A DNA stretch of 45,307 nt from Octopus bimaculoides (GCF_001194135.2 NC_068984.1:77398051-77443357), one strand, 5' to 3'. Numbered from the stretch's first letter, positions 1 to 11,899 are shown. Notes: generated by a model not told the origin, from the letters alone. Program-made: numbers and translations.

Positions 1-222
1 TGTATGTGTGTTTGTGTGTCTGTGTTTGTCTCCCCACCATCGCTTGACAACCGATGCTGGTGTGTTTACGTCCCCGTAATTTAGCGGTTCGGCAAAAAGA
101 GACCGATAGAATAAATACCAGGCTTACAAAGAATAAGTCCTGGGGTCGATTAACTCGATTAAAGGCGGTGCTCCAGCATGGCCAAAGTCAAATGACTGAA
201 ACAAGTAAAAGAGTAAAGAGAG
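1..222 (+). mobile_element. SINE family A, 3' half
   Basis: cgcttgacaaccgatgctggtgtgtttacgtccccg...ggcggtgctccagcatggcc..gtcaaatgactgaaacaagtaaaagag, shared with other copies in the window. Confidence 0.85.
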
Positions 223-346
223 AGTAATGCTTCAGTGTACAGTAGTTCTACCTGAAAATTAGACTTAGGATACACTCCCTGTAGAAATCAGCTACTCACA
301 TCGGGAAGATTCACCGGCGAATCCGATTGGTGATCCATTTACAATT

Positions 347-552
347 TACATATGTATGTTTGTACATACGTACGTATGTATGTATGTATGTATGTATGTA
401 TGTATGTATATGTATGTATGTATGTATGCGTATGGATGTATATGTGTAGTGTGTATGTATATGTATTGGTGTATATATACATGTGCGTGTATGTGTACGT
501 ATGCACTTACGTATCAGCAAAAACTGACACAAAAACAAAAAATATATACTCA

Positions 553-583
<31 letters not shown>

Positions 584-585
584 AG
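347..585. repeat. Compound (TATG)n/(TG)n microsatellite
   Basis: Visible directly in the sequence. Confidence 0.95.
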
Positions 586-870
586 ACTTTCATATTTCTA
601 TGATAAGCAGTGTATAATAATTTCTGTTGAAAATTATAATTGTATTGAGGATCAATTGCATTAGCTTAAATAAAATTAATTTCACAGATGAAAAGGCAGA
701 TAACTCCTGAAGTTTCATTTGACAAATAATTAAAAGTCTAATCTTTAGTAACTATCGCGACAGACAGATGAGTCTGGTCTTTGATGGGCATGGTGGCAAT
801 TCTGGGTAGTACTATATATTCTCAGTGGAGCTTAGCTAATGCAAATTAATCTAAACCACAGAACGCTACT

Positions 871-871
871 A

Positions 872-968
<97 letters not shown>
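871..968. repeat. Pure (TG)n microsatellite, about 49 units
   Basis: Visible directly in the sequence. maT copy 1 inserts at its end. Confidence 0.97.
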
Positions 969-969
<1 letters not shown>

Positions 970-978
970 ATATATATA

Positions 979-1841
979 CAGGGTTCGATGGGTAAATTGT
1001 CGACGTTTTATATTTTTTATTTCGCGCATGCGCATTGTTTGTTTTTGATTTGGCCGACTACACATTATAGAAGGGTCAATTGGGCATCGTCTGTAAGAAA
1101 AACAGCTCCATGACGCAATTCACTCTGTCAGAAATTTGGAAACGACACGCTATGTTGCTAGGCATTCGTACCGGAAGCTCCAATACGAACATTTCAAGTG
1201 TTTGGGTGTCAATCTGAGGACATGTACCGAGAGTGATAAAATTTATACATCCAGTCAACATCATGGTGTCTGGAGTGATCACTAGCGATGGCGATATTAT
1301 GCATCCACTCATTTTCCATCACGGCCTTAGACTCAACACGGAGGCCTATATCAAGTGCCAGGAGGAGGTAGTGCTTCCCTGGCTCAAGTGGGTGACTGCT
1401 GGAAGACCCTATGTCTGGTAACAGGACTCTGCACCATGCTAAACAAGCAGGAGAACCAAGTCATGGCTGTCAGACAATTTCTGCGACCACATCATCACTA
1501 ACAACTGGCCACTTTACTCTACAGACTGCAACGCCCTTGATTATTATGTGTGGAGCACAGTTGAGTGAGAGACCAAGAAAACTCCTTGTAACTCCAAAGA
1601 TAAACCGAAGGCAAGGATTATGGCGTCATTCACCAACTTAAACAAGGAGACCGTCCAGAAGAGTTGCAGGTGATTCCGAAGTCGTCTGGAGGCCGTGGTT
1701 GAAGCCAATGGTGATTTTATTGAACAAATTTATTCATTACTATTTCAAGATATTTTTTATGTAATTTCGTAAATATATCTGTTAAAATGAGATGTCAGTG
1801 TTATTTTCAATTTTGCGCAATTGAGACAATATATTCCCCTG
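979..1841 (+). mobile_element. Internally deleted Tc1/mariner of the DD37D (maT) type, copy 1
   Basis: TA-CAGGG...CCCTG-TA ends. Decayed transposase W*QDSAPC*TSRRTKSWLSDNFCDHIITNNWPLYSTDCNALDYYVW has 37 residues between the second and third catalytic Asp. In-frame stops are present and the N-terminal/first-D region is deleted near 1225. Confidence 0.88.
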
Positions 1842-2536
1842 TATGCCTATGTATGTATGTATGTATGTANNNNNNNNNNNNNNNNNNNNNNNNNNNNNNN
1901 NNNNNNNNNNNNNNNNNNNNNNNNNNNNNNNNNNNNNNNNNNNNNNNNNNNNNNNNNNNNNNNNNNNNNNNNNNNNNNNNNNNNNNNNNNNNNNNNNNNN
2001 NNNNNNNNNNNNNNNNNNNNNNNNNNNNNNNNNNNNNNNNNNNNNNNNNNNNNNNNNNNNNNNNNNNNNNNNNNNNNNNNNNNNNNNNNNNNNNNNNNNN
2101 NNNNNNNNNNNNNNNNNNNNNNNNNNNNNNNNNNNNNNNNNNNNNNNNNNNNNNNNNNNNNNNNNNNNNNNNNNNNNNNNNNNNNNNNNNNNNNNNNNNN
2201 NNNNNNNNNNNNNNNNNNNNNNNNNNNNNNNNNNNNNNNNNNNNNNNNNNNNNNNNNNNNNNNNNNNNNNNNNNNNNNNNNNNNNNNNNNNNNNNNNNNN
2301 NNNNNNNNNNNNNNNNNNNNNNNNNNNNNNNNNNNNNNNNNNNNNNNNNNNNNNNNNNNNNNNNNNNNNNNNNNNNNNNNNNNNNNNNAATGAAAGGCAA
2401 AGTCGACAGCAGTAGAATTTGAATGTAAAGAGTAGGAAGAAATGTCAAACACTTTGTCCGGCGCAATAACGGCTCCACCAGTTCGCCATCCTTAAACAAT
2501 TTGAAATAATAACATTGAAGCTTTTATATACCTGTA

Positions 2537-2920
2537 TTCTTTTATTTGTTTCATTTATTTGACTGTGGCCATGCTGGGTTACCGTCTTTTGTCGAACAAA
2601 TCGACCCCAGCATTATTCTTTGTAAGCCTAGTATTTATTCTATCGGTCTCTTTTGTCGAACCGCTAAGTTACGGGGACGTAAACACACCAACATCGTTTG
2701 TCAAGCGATGGGGGGAGGGACAAACACAGACACACAAATATATACATATATATATACGACGAGCTTCTTTCAGTTTCCGTCTGCCAAATCCACTCACAAA
2801 ACTTTGGTCGGCCCGAGGCTATAGCAGAAGACACTTACCCAAGATGCCATGCAGTGGGATTGAATCTGGAACCATGTGGTTGGGAAGCAAGCTTCTTACC
2901 ACACAGCCACGCCTGCGCCT
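2537..2920 (-). mobile_element. SINE family A, full length (tRNA-derived head, CORE-like ccttgggcaagt motif, internal microsatellite)
   Basis: Head aggcgcaggcgtggctgtgtggtaagaagc with a B-box-like ggttccagattcaatccc. It aligns with the copies at 5427, 9893 and 19749. The CORE-like motif suggests octopus OR-type SINEs (inference). Confidence 0.85.
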
Positions 2921-2944
2921 ATGCATATATGTGTATGTGTGTGG

Positions 2945-2982
<38 letters not shown>

Positions 2983-3127
2983 GTGTGTGTGTGTGTGTAC
3001 CTCGAGTTCACTAAGAGTCGTGAGTAGATAGAAACTGGTGCATGTGTACTCACACACACACATACACACACATACACAGATACATACACACATATACATA
3101 TATACAAATATGTATATGTATATATAC

Positions 3128-3187
<60 letters not shown>

Positions 3188-5001
3188 NNNNNNNNNNNNN
3201 NNNNNNNNNNNNNNNNNNNNNNNNNNNNNNNNNNNNNNNNNNNNNNNNNNNNNNNNNNNNNNNNNNNNNNNNNNNNNNNNNNNNNNNNNNNNNNNNNNNN
3301 NNNNNNNNNNNNNNNNNNNNNNNNNNNNNNNNNNNNNNNNNNNNNNNNNNNNNNNNNNNNNNNNNNNNNNNNNNNNNNNNNNNNNNNNNNNNNNNNNNNN
3401 NNNNNNNNNNNNNNNNNNNNNNNNNNNNNNNNNNNNNNNNNNNNNNNNNNNNNNNNNNNNNNNNNNNNNNNNNNNNNNNNNNNNNNNNNNNNNNNNNNNN
3501 NNNNNNNNNNNNNNNNNNNNNNNNNNNNNNNNNNNNNNNNNNNNNNNNNNNNNNNNNNNNNNNNNNNNNNNNNNNNNNNNNNNNNNNNNNNNNNNNNNNN
3601 NNNNNNNNNNNNNNNNNNNNNNNNNNNNNNNNNNNNNNNNNNNNNNNNNNNNNNNNNNNNNNNNNNNNNNNNNNNNNNNNNNNNNNNNNNNNNNNNNNNN
3701 NNNNNNNNNNNNNNNNNNNNNNNNNNNNNNNNNNNNNNNNNNNNNNNNNNNNNNNNNNNNNNNNNNNNNNNNNNNNNNNNNNNNNNNNNNNNNNNNNNNN
3801 NNNNNNNNNNNNNNNNNNNNNNNNNNNNNNNNNNNNNNNNNNNNNNNNNNNNNNNNNNNNNNNNNNNNNNNNNNNNNNNNNNNNNNNNNNNNNNNNNNNN
3901 NNNNNNNNNNNNNNNNNNNNNNNNNNNNNNNNNNNNNNNNNNNNNNNNNNNNNNNNNNNNNNNNNNNNNNNNNNNNNNNNNNNNNNNNNNNNNNNNNNNN
4001 NNNNNNNNNNNNNNNNNNNNNNNNNNNNNNNNNNNNNNNNNNNNNNNNNNNNNNNNNNNNNNNNNNNNNNNNNNNNNNNNNNNNNNNNNNNNTATATATA
4101 TATATATATATATATTTCTGTATGTGTAACCAGATACATACGTTCATACGAATGTGTGTGTTTGTCCTATATGAGTTGCAATCTGTTTTTCGATTTCCAT
4201 TTAAAGCAACAGCCGTAAAAATCGTTCTAATACACGTTACATAATCTTAAATTTACCATAAGTTACATAAATCTAATAAATTGCATCCACGTAAGAAATC
4301 AATATTTTACTATTACTTGGCACTTAAACTATTTAAATGGTTTCTAGTCAGCCATTGATTCTTATCTGAAAGTTTCCCGGAAACCATGGACAATCACATA
4401 TCACGCATATCTGTAAGTATATGCTATGGTTGTTTAGCCCAAGGTCAGTCCTAACGACGCGGATTTATCACCAAAGACATTCCAAAATTATCTACTTTAT
4501 TGTATTTTTTCTTTCCTGTATTGTGTCTAGGCGGAGGGATATGTTGTTTTAGATATGGTGTATTGAGTGTCACATTCAATGTGTTCTTTGTGTTCTTATG
4601 AACAGTATAGACAGCAATTTAAGACGGATTGTATATATATATATATATATATATATANNNNNNNNNNNNNNNNNNNNNNNNNNNNNNNNNNNNNNNNNNN
4701 NNNNNNNNNNNNNNNNNNNNNNNNNNNNNNNNNNNNNNNNNNNNNNNNNNNNNNNNNNNNNNNNNNNNNNNNNNNNNNNNNNNNNNNNNNNNNNNNNNNN
4801 NNNNNNNNNNNNNNNNNNNNNNNNNNNNNNNNNNNNNNNNNNNNNNNNNNNNNNNNNNNNNNNNNNNNNNNNNNNNNNNNNNNNNNNNNNNNNNNNNNNN
4901 NNNNNNNNNNNNNNNNNNNNNNNNNNNNNNNNNNNNNNNNNNNNNNNNNNNNNNNNNNNNNNNNNNNNNNNNNNNNNNNNNNNNNNNNNTATATATATAT
5001 A

Positions 5002-5055
<54 letters not shown>

Positions 5056-5056
5056 G

Positions 5057-5087
<31 letters not shown>

Positions 5088-5137
5088 TTATGTATGCATG
5101 TATGTATGTGTATGTGTGTATATGTTTTCATGTATGT

Positions 5138-5250
5138 GTTTGTCCCCCCACTATCGCTTGACAACCGATGCTGGTGTGTTTGCGTCCCGTAACCTAGCGG
5201 TTCGGCAAAATAGACCGATACAATAAGTACTAGGTTTACAAAGAATAAGG
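5138..5250 (+). mobile_element. SINE family A, 3' fragment
   Basis: cgcttgacaaccgatgctggtgtgtttgcg...aataagtactagg. Confidence 0.8.
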
Positions 5251-5426
5251 GTAAAATGTAGGCGCTCGATTCGCCTCTCCTACCTCACTTACTCTGGTTT
5301 TATTAGACCTTGAAGACAAGTGGAGTGTCAGAATCGAGAGAGTATGATCGATTAAAGGGGAAACTTGAAAGTCGCAGTGAACTGAATATTATAAAATAGA
5401 TCAGTATGTCCAAGTTGATCAGCAAT

Positions 5427-5870
5427 AGGTGCAGGCGTAGCTGTGTCGTAAGAAGTCTGCTTCCCAACCACATGGTTCTGGGGTCAGTCGCACTGCGTGT
5501 CACCTTGGTCAAGTGGTTTTTTCTTTTTTTCATATAGGCATGAGCCGACCAAAGCCATGTAAATGGATTTGGTAGACGGAAACTAAAAAAGACCTGTTGT
5601 ATGTGTATCAGAGAGAGAGAGAGAGAGAGAGAGCGTGTGTGTGTATGTGAGTGTGTGTGTGTGCGTTTGTGTTTGTCCCCTACAATAGCTTGACAACTGG
5701 TACTGCTTTGTTTATGTCCCCGTAAGTTAGCAGCTCGGCCAAAGACACTGATAAAATAAGTACCAGGCTTTAAAAGAAATAAGTACCGGAGTTGATTCTT
5801 TCGATTAAGAATCTTCAAGGCGGTGCCCCAGCATGGCCGCAGTCAAATGTCTGAAATAAGTGAAAGATGA
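5427..5870 (+). mobile_element. SINE family A, full length
   Basis: Head, (GA)n/(GT)n interior and the ggcggtgccccagcatggccgcagtc tail are all present. Confidence 0.85.
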
Positions 5871-6217
5871 ACTATACAATACTAAGTACTACATTTATAT
5901 GTGGGTATGTGTGCGTTCAGGGAGAGAGAGAGAGAAGGAGTAAGTGATGCAGATAGGTATACAAATATGTGTGTGTGTGTGTGTGTGTCTGTGTAAGCGT
6001 GTGTGTGTATGTGTGTGTATGCGCGCGCGTCTTGGATCCCCAACCAAAAAATGTCGTCGTGTGTTTGATGTCTTTCAACAACAGATCTCTGCTTAAAAAA
6101 TATTTATGAGAAATGAATTTATAGGAAATATTTTGAATTCTTGTTAATATTTTATTTGATATATGACTGATTTTAAATATAAATGTTGACAATTTATTCT
6201 TAGAAGTTTTACTATAC

Positions 6218-6285
<68 letters not shown>

Positions 6286-7190
6286 NNNNNNNNNNNNNNN
6301 NNNNNNNNNNNNNNNNNNNNNNNNNNNNNNNNNNNNNNNNNNNNNNNNNNNNNNNNNNNNNNNNNNNNNNNNNNNNNNNNNNNNNNNNNNNNNNNNNNNN
6401 NNNNNNNNNNNNNNNNNNNNNNNNNNNNNNNNNNNNNNNNNNNNNNNNNNNNNNNNNNNNNNNNNNNNNNNNNNNNNNNNNNNNNNNNNNNNNNNNNNNN
6501 NNNNNNNNNNNNNNNNNNNNNNNNNNNNNNNNNNNNNNNNNNNNNNNNNNNNNNNNNNNNNNNNNNNNNNNNNNNNNNNNNNNNNNNNNNNNNNNNNNNN
6601 NNNNNNNNNNNNNNNNNNNNNNNNNNNNNNNNNNNNNNNNNNNNNNNNNNNNNNNNNNNNNNNNNNNNNNNNNNNNNNNNNNNNNNNNNNNNNNNNNNNN
6701 NNNNNNNNNNNNNNNNNNNNNNNNNNNNNNNNNNNNNNNNNNNNNNNNNNNNNNNNNNNNNNNNNNNNNNNNNNNNNNNNNNNNNNNNNNNNNNNNNNNN
6801 NNNNNNNNNNNNNNNNNNNNNNNNNNNNNNNNNNNNNNNNNNNNNNNNNNNNNNNNNNNNNNNNNNNNNNNNNNNNNNNNNNNNNNNNNNNNNNNNNNNN
6901 NNNNNNNNNNNNNNNNNNNNNNNNNNNNNNNNNNNNNNNNNNNNNNNNNNNNNNNNNNNNNNNNNNNNNNNNNNNNNNNNNNNNNNNNNNNNNNNNNNNN
7001 NNNNNNNNNNNNNNNNNNNNNNNNNNNNNNNNNNNNNNNNNNNNNNNNNNNNNNNNNNNNNNNNNNNNNNNNNNNNNNNNNNNNNNNNNNNNNNNNNNNN
7101 NNNNNNNNNNNNNNNNNNNNNNNNNNNNNNNNNNNNNNNNNNNNNNNNNNNNNNNNNNNNNNNNNNNNNNNNNNNNNNNNNNNNNNNNNN

Positions 7191-7216
<26 letters not shown>

Positions 7217-7223
<7 letters not shown>

Positions 7224-7415
7224 GCACACCCATACACTCACGTGAGTTCAATTCCTGGTGACGCTTTGTCTCCTTGAACATGACACTTTATTTCCCGTTT
7301 CCCCAGTCCACTCACCTGGCAAAAATGAGTAGTACCTGTATGTCACACTGACTCTCCCTGAGATCTACGTTAAAGGTACATGTGTTTGTAGAGTGCTCAG
7401 CCACCTGCACGTTAA
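7217..7415 (+). mobile_element. SINE family C fragment, duplicate a
   Basis: gtgagttcaattcctgg...tccttgaacatgacactttattt...ccactcacctggcaaaaatgag. Near-identical to 9158-9365. Confidence 0.75.
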
Positions 7416-9101
7416 ATTACACTTAAATAAAAATAACGCTGACATCTCATTTTAACAGATATATATTGGGTTGAGGGTTAATTCGTGAACATTTTTTCTC
7501 AAATTTAAAAATGCACGCAGAAATAAAACGCATTAGCAAATTGCTTTATATTATTTGAAAGAGAAATTTTTGCCCTACATGATAGTATGTTTTGAATTTT
7601 TAATTTTATTGATTTTTGGAATGGACAAAACTGAGCATTTTCAACAACATTTGCTTTTTGCATTTAATCGAGGTGTTAAGCCGCCGAAGCTGCTTGTGAG
7701 ATTTGTGCTATGTATGGAGAAGGAGCAAAGTCTCAAGGTTCTGCCTGTCGTTGGTTTACGCACTTCAAAATTGGAAACTTTGATCTCAAGGACGGATCAC
7801 ACACCGGTTGACCAAATGAGTTCGATGAACCTTACCCATTCAGTGAAGGTGGTTCACCACAGTTTTGTTATCAAAATCCATCTATCTGCTCCGCCAATTC
7901 AATTCTCTGGTCGTTTGACATGGATTTTTGTGAAGAAGGTGATTCAATCGCTCTTCATCGAACTCAGTTGGTCTACTGGTGTGTGATCCATCTTTGAGGT
8001 CAAAATTCCCATTTTTGAAGTGTGAAAACCGAAGGCGGTTGGTAATTTGAGGCATTGCTGCTTCTCTATACACAGTACAAATCTCACGAGCAACTTCAGC
8101 GGGCTTAGCACCTCCATTAAATTGCAAAAAGCAAATGGTGCCGAAAATGCTGTTTTGTCCACTCCACATTCCATTTTAATGACCTGAAAATACACAACAA
8201 TCAATACAATTTAAAAATCATAACACAATACCTTATAGAGCAAAACATTCTCTCTTCAAATAACAAAACGTTTTGCCAAGGAGTTTTATTTCTGCGTGAA
8301 ATTTGTAAATTTGAAAAAACTCTCATGAATTATTCCTCAACCCAATGTTTACCAAAATTACTTAGAAATATCTTGAAATACTAAAGAGTAAATATTTATT
8401 CAATAAAATCGCCATTGGCTTCAACCACGACCTCCAGACGACTTTGAAATCTTCTGCAACTCTTCTAGGTGGTCTCCGTGTTTAAGTTGGTGAATGCTGC
8501 CATAATCCTTGCCCTCAGTTTATCTTTGGAGTTACAAGGAATCTTGTTGGTCTCTCGCTCAACTGCACCCCACATATAATAAGGTGGCCAATTGTTCGGG
8601 ATGATGTGGTCGAAGAAATTGTCTGACAGCCATGACTTGGTTCTCTTGCTTGTGTAGCATGGTGCAGCATCTTGTTGCCAGAAATAGGGTCTTCCAGCAG
8701 TCACCCACTTGAGCCAGGGCAGCACTACCTCCTCCTGGCACTTGATGTAGGCCTCCGTGTTGAGTCTGCGGCCGTGTTGGAAGATGAATGGAGACATAAT
8801 GTTGCCATCACTTGTGATCGATCCAAACACTATGATGCCGACTAGATGTCTGACTTTTATCACTCTCGGTACATGTCCTCAGATTGTACTGTCCTTAGAT
8901 TGAAATGTTCGTATTGGAGCTTCCGGCACGAATGCCAAGCAGTACAGCATGTCGTTTCCAAGTTTCTGACAGAGTAAATTGCGTCATGGTGCTGTTTTTT
9001 CTCACACACGATGCCCAACTGACCCTACTATACTGTGTAGTCGACAAAATCAAAAACGAACGCGCATGCGCGAAAAGCAACAATTTACCCATCGCACCCT
9101 G
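7416..9101 (-). mobile_element. DD37D (maT) copy 2, interrupted by a mariner insertion and missing its 3' TIR
   Basis: 5' end CAGGGTGCGATGGGTAAATTG at 9101. ORF 8465-8863 contains WQQDAAPCY...WPP/YYMWGAVE. The 3' UTR tatatctgttaaaatgagatgtcagcg continues at 7416-7465 on the far side of the mariner and matches copy 1 at 1774-1810. Confidence 0.85.
7466..8345. mobile_element. Non-autonomous mariner (DD34D-type) composed of two inverted 5' halves
   Basis: TA-TTGGGTTGAGG...CCTCAACCCAA-TG ends. The left arm (7466-7829, +) encodes frameshifted MDKTEHFQQHLLFAFNRG/AEAACEICAMYGEGA..RWFTHFKIGNFDLKD. The right arm (7829-8345, -) encodes the same N-terminal HTH region through TTREL...HLH*MGK. There is no catalytic domain. 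Confidence 0.85.
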
Positions 9102-9113
9102 TGTGTGTGTATG

Positions 9114-9157
<44 letters not shown>

Positions 9158-9164
<7 letters not shown>

Positions 9165-9424
9165 GCACACACACACTCACGTGAGTTCAATTCCTGACGA
9201 CGCGTTGTCTCCTTGAACATGACACTTTATTTCCCGTTTCCCCAGTCCACTCACCTGGCAAAAATGAATAGTACCTGTATGTCACACTGACTCTCCCTGA
9301 GATCTATGTTAAAGGTAGATGTGTTTGTAGAGTGCNNNNNNNNNNTCAGCCACCCGCACGTTAATTTCACGAGCCGGCTTTTCCGTTGATGGAACCCACG
9401 TCGTCGTAATAGATGGAGTGCCGG

Positions 9425-9425
<1 letters not shown>
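9158..9425 (+). mobile_element. SINE family C fragment, duplicate b, with 3' tail
   Basis: Same sequence and the same 5' truncation point as 7217. It continues to gtcgtcgtaatagatggagtgcc. Confidence 0.78.
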
Positions 9426-9468
<43 letters not shown>

Positions 9469-9892
9469 GTATAAGAATTTTACAAAGGGATACATGATAT
9501 GAGGCTGTGTTTTGGAAGGTAACCATTTATGACACACATGTGCCAGTGTATTCACTTTTGCTTATTTATTTCTAATACATACTGCGTACTGTAAAGCGTC
9601 AAAATGATTCGTTGTTCATCATATGCGGCATGATCGCTAACATGTGTGAGTCTAACGATGCAATAATAGATTTTAAAACGCAATCAGTCATTGGCTCATA
9701 TAAGACCAATGATCTTCCGCAACTGTCGGCTAAGACTTATGATTTTGCATAATACATATTATTTCCTGTCATACGTCCTGACTGTCATTTCAAGTTGCAC
9801 AATTCTATTAAATCCCCTTGTTTGCACTGCGTATATTATCTAACCTAAGTGGGGGAATTTGAGTCAGTAAAGAAAATGTTAGGAAAATGCTT

Positions 9893-10257
9893 AGGCGCAA
9901 GTGCTGCTGTGTGGTAAGAAGTTTGCTTCTCAACCACATGGTTCCGGGTTCAGCCCCACTGCATGGCATCTTGGGCAAGTGTCTTCTACTATAGCCTCAG
10001 GACGTCTAAAGCCTTGTTAGTGCATCTGATGAACAGAAACTGAAAGAAGCCTGTCGTATATGTATGTGTGTGCGTGTGCGCTCATTTCTGTTTGTGTTTA
10101 TCCCCACCACTGCTTAACAACTGGTGTTATTTTGTTTACGTCCCCATAACTTAGTGGTTCGGCAAAAGAGCTCAACAGAATAAGTACCAAGCTTAAAAAG
10201 GAAACGTATTGGGTCGATTTAGCTAACTATATGTTTTTCGAGGTGTCCCAACATGGG
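9893..10257 (+). mobile_element. SINE family A, near full length
   Basis: aggcgcaagtgctgctgtgtggtaagaag...ggcatcttgggcaagtgtc...aataagtacc. Confidence 0.82.
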
Positions 10258-10560
10258 ACAAAAATGTAGAGAAAGTTCAGATAACAGACATGTTGCGGTA
10301 TATTAAGTTGATAATATTTAGATTATGATTTCGAAAGTATAAAACTAATGAATACATATAAAGCATAGTTAATCGGCGAAATACTTGGCTGGTGATCAAT
10401 TCCAAAATCTCGACAGATATTTACGGAAGTAGCGGCATTTCGTAAAAATGTTGACCTTCTATTCAAAATAATTACAGAAATGTTAATTTCTCAGTTGTAC
10501 ATATTTGCAAATTTTAGCCCGAGTAATGTTTGATCTCCTGCTCTCTAGAATTTTCCTTTT

Positions 10561-10750
10561 AATATTGGTTTCAAATCTTGGCACAAAGCCTGCAATTTAG
10601 AGAAATAGGTACGTCGATTACATAGACAACAGTGATCAACTGGTGCTTGTTTTATCGACCCCGAAAAGATTAAAAGTAAAGTCAACTTCAGCAGAATTTG
10701 AACTTACATCGTAAAGACATGAAATGCCATTAAACATTTTGCTCCGCTTT
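10561..10750 (-). mobile_element. SINE family B, decayed
   Basis: Matches the 28184 copy (ttcggggtcgataaaacaagcaccag) and carries the gtgccaagatttgaaaccaat tail. Confidence 0.75.
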
Positions 10751-10762
10751 CTTTCAATTTAA

Positions 10763-10972
10763 TATTCTTTTCTACTCGAGGAACAAAGCCCGAAATTTTC
10801 AGCGGGGGGGTCCAGTCGATTAGATCGACGCCAGTATACAACTGGTACTTAATTTATCGACCCCGAAAAGATAAAGTCGACCTCGGCGGAATTTTAACTC
10901 AGAACGTAGCGGCAGACGAAATACCGCTAAGCATTTCCCTCGGCGTGCTAACCATTCTGCCACCTCACCGCC
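10763..10972 (-). mobile_element. SINE family B
   Basis: Reverse complement of ggcggtgaggtggcagaatggttagcacgccgaggg...ttcggggtcgataaattaagtacc. Confidence 0.85.
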
Positions 10973-11007
10973 TTTCTTTTTTTATTTGATATTAAAGTAA
11001 GTATTAA

Positions 11008-11226
11008 AGCGGCGAGCTGGCAGAATCGTCAGCAAACCGGGCGAAATCCTTAGCAGGATTTCGCCCGTCTTTACGTTGTGAGTTCAAATTCCGCTGAGGC
11101 CAACTTTAACGTTCATCCTTTCAGGATTGATAAAATAAGTACCAGTTGAGTTCCTGGGTCGACATAATCGACTCACCCTTTCCACGGGAACTGCTGGCCT
11201 TAAGCCAAAATTTGAAACCAATATTA
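11008..11226 (+). mobile_element. SINE family B, head-to-head with the previous copy
   Basis: gcggcgagctggcagaatcgtcagc...tgagttcaaattccgc...gccaaaatttgaaaccaat. Confidence 0.85.
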
Positions 11227-11899
11227 AAGTCAGTATAATACTCTTTTAGGAGCCAGTTGTAACAAGATAATTTATTTTTATCCACCAGTGTGTGTAAAGA
11301 AATATGTGTAGTTGAATTAATACTTCTTATAATTACTTCCTACCATACTAATGTAGTATTTATGCTTCGCTGGACAATTTTTATCACAGTTCTGCTCAGT
11401 GATGTTGGACTTGATGCAAAACAGTAACAACGAATTATGAACTAAAAAGGAAGCGTCGATGTTGTCACTCGATTTATTAGACATAGAAGCCAAATCTTCT
11501 TTAAATCTAATCCTGTTATCTTGAAATAGAAAAAAAACATACAGGATATACACTGACTGAAAAAATGATGGATTGATCACAGCTTGAACTTCTAATCATG
11601 GGTTGTCTGCCCAATTTGTAGCTGATCTGGGATTAAGCAACTGTTATTATTTGCTTTAAACAGACTGCACACTTTTTCATTTGAGAGAAGCTCTATACGA
11701 CCATTTGATCTAATAGAAATAGCTGTCTAATTCCTGTGTAAGTCACAAGTACCATCTTTATAAAGGTTAAACACGCTTGAGTCGATATACTCCTACATAT
11801 ATAAGATGGCGAACAGTCGCGCATTAACCATAAAGTGAACCCAACCAAAGTCGATCTAGGGCTATATTGATTTCATATATTGAGAGCAATTTCAGTCGA

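Noticed and set aside
2860-2920. tRNA genes at SINE heads
   Set aside because: A/B-box-like motifs are present, but there is no cloverleaf and they run into SINE bodies. No tRNA or rRNA gene is supported in the window.
3188-7190. Two gaps of identical size (905 N at 3188-4092 and 6286-7190); also two of 105 N at 13873 and 25626
   Set aside because: Most simply explained by scaffolder size estimates rather than biology.
311-7281. Many long ORFs rich in VC/YI/HT dipeptides or X
   Set aside because: They are translations of (TG)n, (TA)n and (TATG)n microsatellites and N-gaps. The same applies to similar ORFs across the window.
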